The notes under the pieces: generated by a model
What the model was told of the DNA's origin: nothing
Database searches by the model: none
The model's input: the letters and a program-made list of their open reading frames with translations, nothing else
Program-made: the position numbers and the translations under genes
Shown here: in pieces, positions 53,610-64,000 of the stretch
Numbering within the stretch: the first letter of the stretch is position 1
How the letters are laid out: the number at the start of each line of letters is the position of its first letter
Source of the DNA: Vermamoeba vermiformis
Taxonomy: Eukaryota
NCBI GenBank assembly: GCA_045837725.1
Contig: JBEWZL010000048.1
Span: 124,001-188,000, forward strand
DNA length: 64,000 bases
Direction: 5' to 3'

Positions 53610-56600
53610 ATGCAATCCTCCGCTCTGTTTGTTCTATTGATTTGTGCTATCACTGGTATGAACACGCGACACCATCTCGCCCATCCGTTAAATCAATTTG
53701 ATATGATTACTTATTATTATGATTAGTATCTGCACGGTTGTACTCGTGGGGAGATAATGCGTACGGACAATTGGGGGCTGGATGGGCCGCGAGCAGATAT
53801 TTGTTAGGAAGTGTTAATCACCCTGCCTTAGCCAACAAGACTATTACTAAAATAACTAGCGGCTTTGGTTCCCATGTGCTCGTAATTACAAGTAAGATCC
53901 AAATTAAATCGAAATTTAATTATTAATATCATGAATTCTAATTCTACCATTGATTAGGCGATGGAGAGGTATATGGTTGGGGTAGGAACATTAAAGGAGA
54001 GCTTGGAGATTCAACAACGCAAAGCCATGCAACGGCGATCAGGATCAACAGCACATTATTCGATGGCGAGCGAATTATAGACGTAGCCGCAGGTAGAGAA
54101 CATTCGCTATTCTTGACAGGTAATGGCATAGCAATCATAATGCTTGATTAATTGCGCCGTTAACAGCATCTGGTCGAGTACTCGCGTGTGGAGACAACAT
54201 GTACGGCCAATTAGGCGATGACTCGCGCATTGAACGGCGAACACCTGTGCTTGTTATGAGTGACGGATTCATTGCTGGCAAACGAACAGTCAAAATTGTT
54301 GCAGCACGCAGTCATTCACTGGCAATTACAGGTACAAACACTTGATGATTGAGGCATTGTTACGTACCACATGCGTAACCATATTAATACAGATGATGGT
54401 ATGTTATATGCCTGGGGCTGGAATACGTTCGGTCAGCTCGGTGATGACAGCCTTGAGGACAGTTTGACACCTGTCAAAGTCGGTATTCCCGGCGACAAAA
54501 CCGTGATTGACGTGTCAGGAGGACGATTGCACACCATTGCACTGACAAGTAAGTGCGACGTAGATGTGTAGACCACCAATCTAATGTGTGCCAGGTGACA
54601 ACATGGTCTACACATGGGGCTCGAACAGAAATGGACAGCTAGGTGATGGCACGACCTTTGATCGCTGGGCACCTGTCAACATCAGCCTCGCGCACCTTGA
54701 TCCCCCTCCTGGGCTGTTGAAGAAAGTTGTCGCGGGTAAATACTTCTCATTGGTGCTGACTGAAGCAGGGGACTTGATCACATTCGGCGACAATTCTCGC
54801 GGTCAGCTCGGCGACGGCTCAATACAGCTCAGCATTGACCCCAAGTACTTGCCACGCACCAACGTGTTGTTTGAACGGTTCTTTGTTGACGTGGCTGCAG
54901 GTTACGAGCACGTGATTGTGCTAACAGATGACTCGAGAATATTCTCGTGGGGACGCAACTCTTTTGGACAGCTCGGCGACAGTACCACGACTGACCGACA
55001 CTTGCCACAGCCGTTCATTATTGTCCAGCACGTGTCTAACATCAGATTTGTGGCTATCGCTGCTACGCTCTACGGTAGTTTTGTTCAAACAGGTACGGAA
55101 ACCACTCTGTTAGTCGCGCTATTCTAACTTGCTTGCCAGTCGGAAATAGACTGTATTCGTGCGGAGACAACAGATTCGGTCAACTAGGTGACGGCTCTCG
55201 CTACGTGTCACAGCCTTCAAAACCTGTCAGAGTGTCCTTGTCAAACAACTGCGGCTCTGTGAGCTCGTTGAATGTCATTTCAATCGATGGTCGTGATCAC
55301 TCTGTGCTAGCTCTATGTAAGTAACCTCTGATGAATTATAGTCTATCTAACACCTAACAGCCAATGGTCGCGTGTATGCTTGGGGTCAGAATGACTTGGC
55401 GGAGATTGGAGACGGCTCTACCATCAACAAGATGAGTCCTACAGAGACTGACAGCACTGGTGTATTGGCCAATCAACGCGTCATCCAAGTGGCAGCTGGC
55501 TATGATCACACGCTCGCATTGACAGGTACTAAGCATAATATAGCAGGATATTGTAGCTAACTCTGTCAGACGCTGGCCGCATTTACGCGTGGGGCAACAA
55601 CGAAGAAGGTCAACTAGGCGATGGCACTGAAGTGAGTCGTGTCACTCCTGTGCTGGTAGACATGTCTGTCATGTTTGGCAAACGCGTCGTGACCATTGAC
55701 GCTGGCACTGCGCACAGCGTAGCTATTACGGGTAACTACTTGAGACTCTGCATCCACTGTATTAATATGCCAATAGATGATGGTCGACTTTTTGCCTGGG
55801 GCCGCAACTTTGAAGGCCAAGTGGGCACTGGCTCCAGAATACCTGCGTACACGAGTCCAGTAGAAATAGTGGTGACTGATGAACTGGTCGGCAAGAAGTT
55901 TGTAGCAGTGACTGCTGGCTCGTACTTCACCCTAGCACTCACTGGTATGTAGGCTATACTTGCATTCACTAGTACTAATGTCTCGTTAGATTCCAACGAG
56001 CTATTTGCCTGGGGAGACAACGAGTACGGTCAATTAGGCATTGGCAACCAGCTGTCACAAAGCACAGCGGTCAAAGTTGAGAGTGAATTGTTCGGCAACA
56101 AAACGATTGTTCAACTCGCTGCTGGACGACGTCATGCCATGGTATTGACAGCTGATAATCTCATCTATGCGTGGGGCAGCAATTCAATGGGACAGCTTGG
56201 AGATGGTTCTTATGAAACTAGGACATCACCCATCCCTATCAATCAGAGTGGTGTGCTCAAATACGTCAAAGTGAGCAAGATTGACACGGGCTACGAGCAC
56301 TCTCTGGTACTGGCAGGTGAGTTGAATGCAAGTGTGATTGTATCTTGCTAACACATTACAGCTGATGGTCGAATCTATGGCTGGGGTGACAACGAGTTCT
56401 ATCAGCTCGGTGTCTCAGATCGCGTGCAGATTCCCAATCCCATCGTCATGCCACTGCAAGGTGCATTGACGAACAAGCGTGTCAAGATCATCGAAGGAGG
56501 TGATGGCCACACATTGGTGCTTACTCGTACGTTATAATATAATATTGGTCTTCTAGAACGGCATTGACATTCTTCAAAGGAATTTATGTGAGCGAAGTCC

Positions 56601-58722
56601 GAGATTACATTGGCGACACTGCAGAGCTCCTCATCATCAGTGGCTCAGAATTCGGCACCACAAGAACAGACGTGCGAGTTGAATTGAGTCAAGGTAACTG
56701 TACCATTCGATCAGTGAGCGAGAACGCTATCACGTGCGTCCTGTCTAACTTGGCGGTGGGGCCTCTTTATGCACGAGTATTCGTTCTCGATGAGGACTCA
56801 GGTGACCCCGTGCAAGTCAGAACTGTCGTCCCTGCTCCGTCCATCACACCTACGCGCTCTATTATCACTCAAGACGCGACTATGCTCTTCATTTATGGCC
56901 AAGGATTTGACCCCTTAGCTACTTCAAACGTCGTGACGCTGTTCTTGGGCCGTCAATCGTTGGACTGTGTGGTGATTAACGGCACTGCGACTCAATTAGT
57001 GTGTGCGATGCAAGAAGAACTGGGTAGTCTCGGCACACTCATGGCACAGGTCAAATCGTTCAATGCGACATCGACCACAGTTGCCGTGGCTGAAGTCACG
57101 CTACCCGTGTGGCTGCTGACACTGGTGCTCCTCGCCACCACTGGCATTGTTGCAGTCATGATATTCTTCGGCGTACGCTATTAGTAAGTTCATAAGGCAA
57201 TCAAAACAATACCACGCACTAACCTATCAACAGCCGGTCTGTCAAGCAAAAGAAGCGATTCGAAGAGTGGCAAGCAAACTTCCAGTCCAAATACATCGTG
57301 CCGCGCAACGAAATATTTCCGCCAGTCACACTCGAGTGGGTGCAGCCTGACACTTCAGTCAACACTCCGCTCGATGACTTCCCCGTCAAGTTCTCAAAAT
57401 CTCACTTGGACTTTGGTAACTCGGGCTATCCGTTCCGCTTGAATGTCACGTACAAAGATTCAGTCAATTTGCAGCTCAAGAGACTTGTGGCCAAATCCAA
57501 GCCCACCAAGGGCACGCACGCAAGCATGTTAGCACTCGAAGATATTGGCTCGGATTTGAAGCAAGGTCTGCTCGCCTCAGCCTCGCACAAAGGAGTTCGC
57601 GTCGTATTCCACACACCTCGTTCACACAAGTTCAAGTTGTTGATGCCCAACAACGAGTTCTTGTTGACCAAGGGCAAAGAAGACGTAGCCGAGTTTGATT
57701 TGATGGTGTTCATGACCACGCAATGCGCCGTGCCTATTGCGATTGAGATCCCGGACTGGAACATGCATACTTACATTGAACTCAATGTCGTCGGTGAACT
57801 CTCGCCCTACATTGACTTTGATGAAGTCAAGTTTGACAAAACCAAGATGATTGGCGACGGTGCGTTTGGTACAGTCTATCAAGGCATGTATCGCAATCAA
57901 CACGTGGCTGTCAAAGTACTCAAGATCCAAGAGCTGCTGCCAGCTTTCATGGACGAATATTTCCGCGAAATCGACTTGCTCAACAAGCTGCGACATCCCA
58001 ACATTGTGCAGTTTGTGGGTGCATCCACTGTGGAGGGACGATTGGCAATTTTGACTGAATTCATCGAACTCGGCAGTGCGAAGAACGTAAGTGCCTGTTC
58101 ATGGATGTGGTCATGTATTAATCAAGTTTGTAGTATTTGAGCGATGATCTCGAGCTGTATGTGCGCATGCGTATTGCACTTGACACAGCCAAGGCCATCC
58201 AATTCTTGCATCAAAACAAGATTATGCACCGCGATATCAAGCTAGAAAACTTATTGGTATGTCTGCTAGATATAAGTACCTTCCTTTGAACTTAGACTAA
58301 CATACGTGAAGGTTGTCTCGCTTGATCGCAATGCGCCTGTAGTTGTCAAGTTGACAGATTTTGGTACGTCGCGTGCGATTGCCGAAGAATTAGCGCAAAG
58401 GTACACCATGGGTATCGGCACACCAATCTTCATGGCGCCTGAATTGTTGTTGAAACAACCTTACGACCTCAAATCCGACATTTACAGCTTTGGCATGTTG
58501 CTATGGACACTTTATAGTCAGAGAGAGCCCTATGAGACATTTGAGCGTACGTGGGATGTAGTGCCATTCGTAATTCAAGGAAATCGAGAGAAAATTCCAG
58601 ACACGTGCCCGAGTGACCTCCGTACACTGATTGAGAACTGCTGGGACCAGGATCCGAAGCTACGACCTACTATTGACGCAGTCGTGACGAGATTAGAAAC
58701 ATTTGTGAATGGCCTCAAATAA
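53610..58722 (+). CDS. Receptor-like TKL kinase with 14 extracellular RCC1 repeats and two IPT/TIG-like domains
   Basis: Signal peptide MQSSALFVLLICAITVSA, 14 x (Y.WG.N..GQLG), IPT-like IISGSEFG and FIYGQGFD, TM VWLLTLVLLATTGIVAVMIFFGV, kinase IGDGAFGTV, VAVK, HRDIKLEN, DFG, GTPIFMAPE. Confidence 0.88.
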
Positions 58723-59021
58723 TAATACCAATCGAATCAATAAATGTAAATACCTGTCAAATACCTCCGATCCAATTGTGACAGACGAATTGCCCTTTGA
58801 AATTTAATATTGTTGCCGCCCTTTGCGGAAACAGACGATGATCCCTCGCGAATGTATTCTTTGTATGACTTGTCTTAGTACTTTTCGGACGACTATGCAA
58901 TACGTTGCACCACGTTTTTGCAGTTGTTGCGTGGTCAAACAATTTCTCCTTCAATTTTTGTTATTCTCAAGAACCCTGTAAATACGAACACCACAACTCA
59001 TCCCTGTAAATAGTTTCGATC

Positions 59022-61740
59022 CATGTTGCACCATAAGGATTTATATGCTTACAAAAGACCAAAAGGTACGCCACGCGGCCAATTAAATATGCCAGATCTG
59101 ATTCTATTTTATTCAATTATTCTTCTTATATTCGATTACAAATGATAATTAAAGTATTATTAATCACTATGATGTTATTAGGTGTGCATAAAGTTTTCGG
59201 CTTGGATTTGGAAATTCTTTGCAAAGCAGAACGACGCCACTGCCCAAAACTTATTATATGTATCATAGATTATCTAGAGCAAAAGTGTAAGTCGAAAATC
59301 GGAATTATTTGTTTAATTGAAATTGAATTGGATCGTTCAACAAAATCCGAACGAAATAACGAATTTCGTGTTTAAATAAGAGTTTAGCAATAAGAATCGG
59401 CACAACTTCGCATAATTAATTGTCCGTTATGCTCTCGTACACTTATCGAGCGAGGTTAATATCAATTTCAGCGAGATTTAATATAAATTTGTTGAAGGTC
59501 TCGATGAGGAACGCCTCTTGGCTCAACCTGGAAATGTGGCCCAACTAAAGGATGCCGTGGCCAAAATTAACAACGGTAAGTTGTCTGGAGGCAATAGGGG
59601 CGATATGTCGTTTCGTTAAATTAACGCACGGAATTTCGGAATCTAACGAACGAACGGGCAATGACCCACTCCTCTATCCAAATCTAACGAATTATAATAA
59701 AGGCAATCGTATCAAGTTTGAAGATTTAGGAGCGTACACAACGGGAGATCTGTTGAAGAGATTCTTGTCCGAACTGCCCGTGCCTCTCATCCCGAAAGAA
59801 ACATTCAAGCGCTTGACTGAAATCAAATCTGACGATCCAAAGCGCGAAGAAGAAACTATTGCAGTACTGCAGACATTGACTCATATTCAAGCTGCGACGT
59901 TGGAAGTCGTGTTGCAGATGTGCAAGTAAGCCTCCGAACTAAACAATGTGTCTCTAATTCTAACGTGACTTTGTAGACGAGTGACAATGCGCAGTGGCAC
60001 CAACAAGATGGACTGCAACAAATTGGGGCTAGTCATGGTTCCAGCACTGATGCCCTATGTCACTGACGTTGAAGCACAATCACTGACGCAGAGTCGTGAT
60101 GCAGTGCTCAAGGGCAATGAACTGTTCGAATATCTCGTGCCTGAAGTGGAGAGTCTGTTCAAGTGGGTACGTAGATTTATCGTCGGTCGTCATTGGCTGT
60201 CGTACTTACATGTATGTCAGAACACTCACCACCAGAAGCGATTGAGCACCAAGATCAACAAATTGAAGCACTTCAATAGACTCGCCGCTGCCCCTAATAC
60301 GCCCAAGCGAGGAGTGCGCATCTTGGCGCTGGACGGTGGAGGCATGCGTGGTCTGTCAGAACTCACCATTCTCTCGCACATTGCAAAGAAGTTGTACGGC
60401 GATAATGGACCTGAAAGCACTAAGGTAACGCATTTTACCTTGAAGAATTGACTCCGTGGATCCGAGACGGTGATCTGGTGCAGTATTGTTCGTACGGCAA
60501 GTAGTGACCCGAACACGCAGTTGAAAAGCGTCTCGGGCACGACCACACTAACAAGAATGCACCGCTTCCCGTCCGATCAGCGAAGTTAAGCTTGTTCAGG
60601 CCTTCTTAGTACTGGGGTAGGAGACTACCTGGGAATCGGAGGTGTTGTGCTCTTCTCTTTTTTGCTTTTGCTCCTCTTACCTGCAGTCTGTGCTGACTCG
60701 CTCTCTTTTTAGAAACTTGTCGCTTCATTCGACTTGATTTGCGGCACTTCTACCGGCAGTATCGTGGCCATGTCGCTGTTGAAGAACTCATTGAAGGACT
60801 GCGAAGACTTGTACTATAACTTGGGCTCACAAATCTTCTACAACTCGTATTTATACGCCACAGGTCGCTGGTGGCGATACTACCGCAGCGGCGATTACTA
60901 TGACGGCGAATCACTCTACAAGCTGTTCAGTGAAAACTTTGGCTCCGACATGATTGGCGAAATGTTCGACGCCAATGCCCCTCAAAAGGTAGCTAGTTCA
61001 TTGTGTAAACAATCATCGCACTTTAACTGACTTTATTTGCAGCTGTTTGTCACCGCGACAGATGCTACCAGTGACGTGTTCGATCCAGTGTTGTTCCGCT
61101 CTTACGAGAACAAGAACAGTCACGTGACTGGACACTCTAAAATCTCCGCACCACAAGCACTTCGCGCTAGTTGTGCAGCCCCTACTTACTTCTCTCCGTT
61201 GGTACTCGACGAACACAATTACATGGACGGTGGATTCATCTACAACAATCCCACTGAACTCGCCATCTTTGAGGCTCATGCTTTGTGGCCCGATCGTCCT
61301 ATTGAGTGGTAAGTCTATAATCAGTGGTATTCATATTCATAAGGCTAACAACATGTAGTATTGTTTCGGTTGGTACTGGCTTGCCTAAACCCAACCCTGG
61401 CTCCGAGAACGTGCTGTCACTGCTTGGCGAGATCATCGATATCTGTACCAACAGCGATGCTATTCACAAGCGAGTCTTGGCGTGGTTGGACTTCTTGCAG
61501 ATCAAGCCCAGTTATTTCCGCTTCGATGCCAATCCACCCATTGGCTCTCTCAGACTTGACACGGGTGACAAGCCAACACTCGAACAAATGTGCGCACAGA
61601 CCGAGGCCTATATGAACGAAGCTAAACAGACCTCTGAAGTTGAACGTCTGATGCAGATCTTGTCTGGTCAGCGAACTGGCTTCCTCACTGAGAACACTGT
61701 AAATAATACGAACAACACGAATGTGAATAATGCCAACTAA
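59022..61740 (+). CDS. RhoGAP-like domain + patatin-like phospholipase
   Basis: VFGLDL..CPKLIICIIDYLE, LLKRFLSELPVPLIP, NKMDCNKLGLV; patatin motifs LALDGGGMRG, GTSTG, ALRASCAAPTYF, DGG. Confidence 0.85.
60535..60653 (+). rRNA. 5S rRNA gene inside intron 60425..60712
   Basis: 119 nt; helix I GGGCACGAC/GTTGTGCTC, conserved CCCGTCCGATC..GAAGTTAAGC, TTAGTACT..GGAGAC..CCTGGGAA motifs; T-run terminator immediately downstream. Confidence 0.93.
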
Positions 61741-61867
61741 TGTAAATATTTGTATATTGATTACTTTTGTACATATTATTAAACCTGTCGATATTCCCGC
61801 GAGTCTGCCTTGTTTGGATCCACAGCCCAAAATATTGTCCTTCTATTAAACAACGAGCAACAACACA

Positions 61868-62680
61868 ATGAGTGGCAGGCGAAACAGAGGAAATAAAGCA
61901 CAACCTCAACCACAACAGAAAGGTCAACCTCAAGCCAAGCAAGAGCCTTCCAATCCCTTGCTCGATCTCATCAAGGAGCTTGTCTTGCAAGGCGCACAAA
62001 AATATTTACCACAAGATAAACAACCAAAACAACCACAATTAGACACTGTTATTAAGACTATTGAAAAAGGTAATTAATTCTTAACTGGATGCCGCATTAT
62101 TTTTCGTCCTCACGACGTTGTAAAAATTAATTTTATCCTATAAATATTTAATACCCGCCATATTCACTCCAAATAAATTATTGATATATTTTCTAATGAT
62201 TGTTTTTCCTGAACAGAATGCTTGCAATTTTTAAAAGAGCCTCGAACATCAGAAGATCGATATTCAAAGTTCGCTATTAAAGTTACTATGTTTGTGCAGA
62301 CTACACTGGCTATTGACGCCACTCTCAGCAAAAAAGTAACGTAGATCAAGTGTATGTCCTTGCGTGTCTAACTACGGCTTTGTATTTAGGTTGTTTGCCT
62401 GATATTCTCATTCTTATTAGACGAAATTCAAAAGCATTGGGCTAATTATAAGATTGCTGAGGCTGATGTCCACCCAGACCACGTACGGATCTAGATCTGT
62501 CAATACCGTTCATTAAGACTAACGCTGTCATATCCGTAGCACCCTGAAAAGAAAGACGACGATGAAGAGGATGAAGATGAGGACGAAGACGAAGAAATGA
62601 ATTATGAAATGAAAGACATGCCGCGCGAAGAATTTGAAGCTTGGCAAAAGGCATTCAACTATCTGAATGTGAATGTGTAA
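61868..62680 (+). CDS. Hypothetical protein with acidic C-terminal tract, four exons
   Basis: MSGRRNRGNKAQ...; GT-AG splicing keeps the frame open to TAA at 62678..62680. Confidence 0.65.
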
Positions 62681-62797
62681 TGACCTGTGCAGCACTGACG
62701 GTGATTAAATACAACACTTAGACTACGATGAGTTATATATAACTATTGTTATTAATATCTACAGCAATGTAATATGTACACGTCATTCCAAAGCGTT

Positions 62798-63512
62798 TTA
62801 CAGCTCTTGTTTCAAGCCTCCGCAGTGCTCGGGCAAGGGCACGCCAATGCGATTGTAATAGCCGGGCAAGGTGTATGCCGCGCCTATCGCACAGACACCA
62901 ATCATCAGACCCAGTATCGCCACGAGGTTGATGATGCGGTCGAAGGCGCTGTGCTTGCCAGTGCGACCAGTGTGCGTGGAATAGGCCAAGAGCATGCCTA
63001 GCGAAATGATGAACAGACCACCGCCCTCACGACCCTCTTCAAACTCGAACATGCGCGACAAGCTGTGATTAGCGATGTTGTCGGAGGTAATGAAGAGGAA
63101 TACTGCAATGTACAAAGAACCAAGATTAGTTTCCTTATTTAGAAAAAGATACTGAATTTTGTAATATATTTTGATAATATCAACATAATAGTATTCGTAA
63201 CGCAACAGTAAATTTGGTGATTATGCAAGTTAATTTGGAATTGTTCGATTTTTTTCCAATTGGCAAAGTCAATTTACCTGAAGCCGAGAAGCACAGTAAG
63301 CCATAAATGCCGGAGATGACGGTGCTTATTTTTCCAAAAGCACGTGATATGACTAGCAGAGCGGCGAAGCAGTAGATCGCAATCCAAAATGCTGAATCTG
63401 GATCGTTCAATTGTAGCACTGCGGCGTACAAATAGAACACTCCTAGAACTACTAGGGACGCGCGCTTAACGAACATAGTCATACTGGTGTGGGTGCTTGG
63501 TTGTGGCTTCAT
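62798..63512 (-). CDS. TMEM220-like membrane protein
   Basis: AAVLQLNDPDSAFWIAIY and FEEGREGGGL motifs, hydrophobic helices; one intron near 63123..63278. Confidence 0.72.
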
Positions 63513-63742
63513 TTCTTCTGTTCAGAATTTGATTACTGAACAGCTGACAAGCGGGGCTAATAAATATTCCGTGAATGAAATCTCTGTGACTGCTCTTTAC
63601 TTGATCTTTTTCCTAAATCAGGCTTGGAGGATTGATCAATCTACACCTAGCTGTTGGCGAGCAACGAAGCGGCAATCCTGCGTGAGCGAACATTGTACAA
63701 ATCAATTTATTTTTCTATATTACAGGAGGGTATTCGATTGAT

Positions 63743-64000
63743 TTAAGAGAGGCTGAAGTAACTGCTGGTGTTCAGACCATCAATATGGTGATCATCTTGC
63801 GAGTCATTCACAAACACGCCGTCCAAGTCAAATCCAGTCTCAAAGTCCAATTCGTCGTGCGTTGTGTCGTGTTCTGTTTGAGGTTCAGCGGCTGGTGCTG
63901 GTTCAGGTTGCGGCATCACAGGTGTCACATTCACTTGCGGTGGCTGATGATGGCCATTGGTGGGTGTTGCAGTGTAACTCGTGTTGGTTTTGAGTTTGAT
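63743..64000 (-). CDS. 3' end of an unidentified gene, truncated by window
   Basis: Open frame to stop at 63743; low-complexity Pro/Thr/acidic sequence. Confidence 0.45.
   Translation of the reverse strand: MKLKTNTSYTATPTNGHHQPPQVNVTPVMPQPEPAPAAEPQTEHDTTHDELDFETGFDLDGVFVNDSQDDHHIDGLNTSSYFSLS

Noticed and set aside
1-64000. Prokaryotic systems (CRISPR arrays, operons, IS elements) and alternative genetic code
   Set aside because: No repeat-spacer arrays or transposases seen; ORF breaks are explained by spliceosomal introns and genes end at standard stops.

Overview
Gene-dense, intron-rich eukaryotic genomic DNA (standard code; mostly short GT-AG introns). The gene content (Entamoeba-TMK-like receptor kinase, LIM and Sla2/HIP1 proteins, CARMIL-like LRR) and the 5S sequence suggest an amoebozoan-type protist; this is an inference. 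About 25 protein-coding genes were reconstructed by hand across introns. They include RNase Z, Ariadne RBR ligase, Sla2/HIP1, RhoGEF-RhoGAP, AK6, a mitochondrial carrier, MCU, EF-hand type II NADH dehydrogenase, MYSM1-like, synapsin-like, RasGAP-LRR, ALG6, an RCC1-repeat receptor kinase, RhoGAP-patatin and TMEM220-like. The most striking signal is non-coding: every structural RNA gene I found sits in the sense orientation inside a protein-gene intron. A 229-bp cassette (5' hairpin + initiator tRNA-Met + candidate box C/D snoRNA) occurs as two identical inverted copies, in introns of the convergent MCU and NADH dehydrogenase genes, and one host intron is U12-type. A tRNA-Ile is in the same MCU intron, and a complete 5S rRNA gene lies in an intron of the RhoGAP-patatin gene. 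An AT-AC U12 intron is present in Sla2/HIP1. Exon boundaries are manual predictions without transcript evidence.
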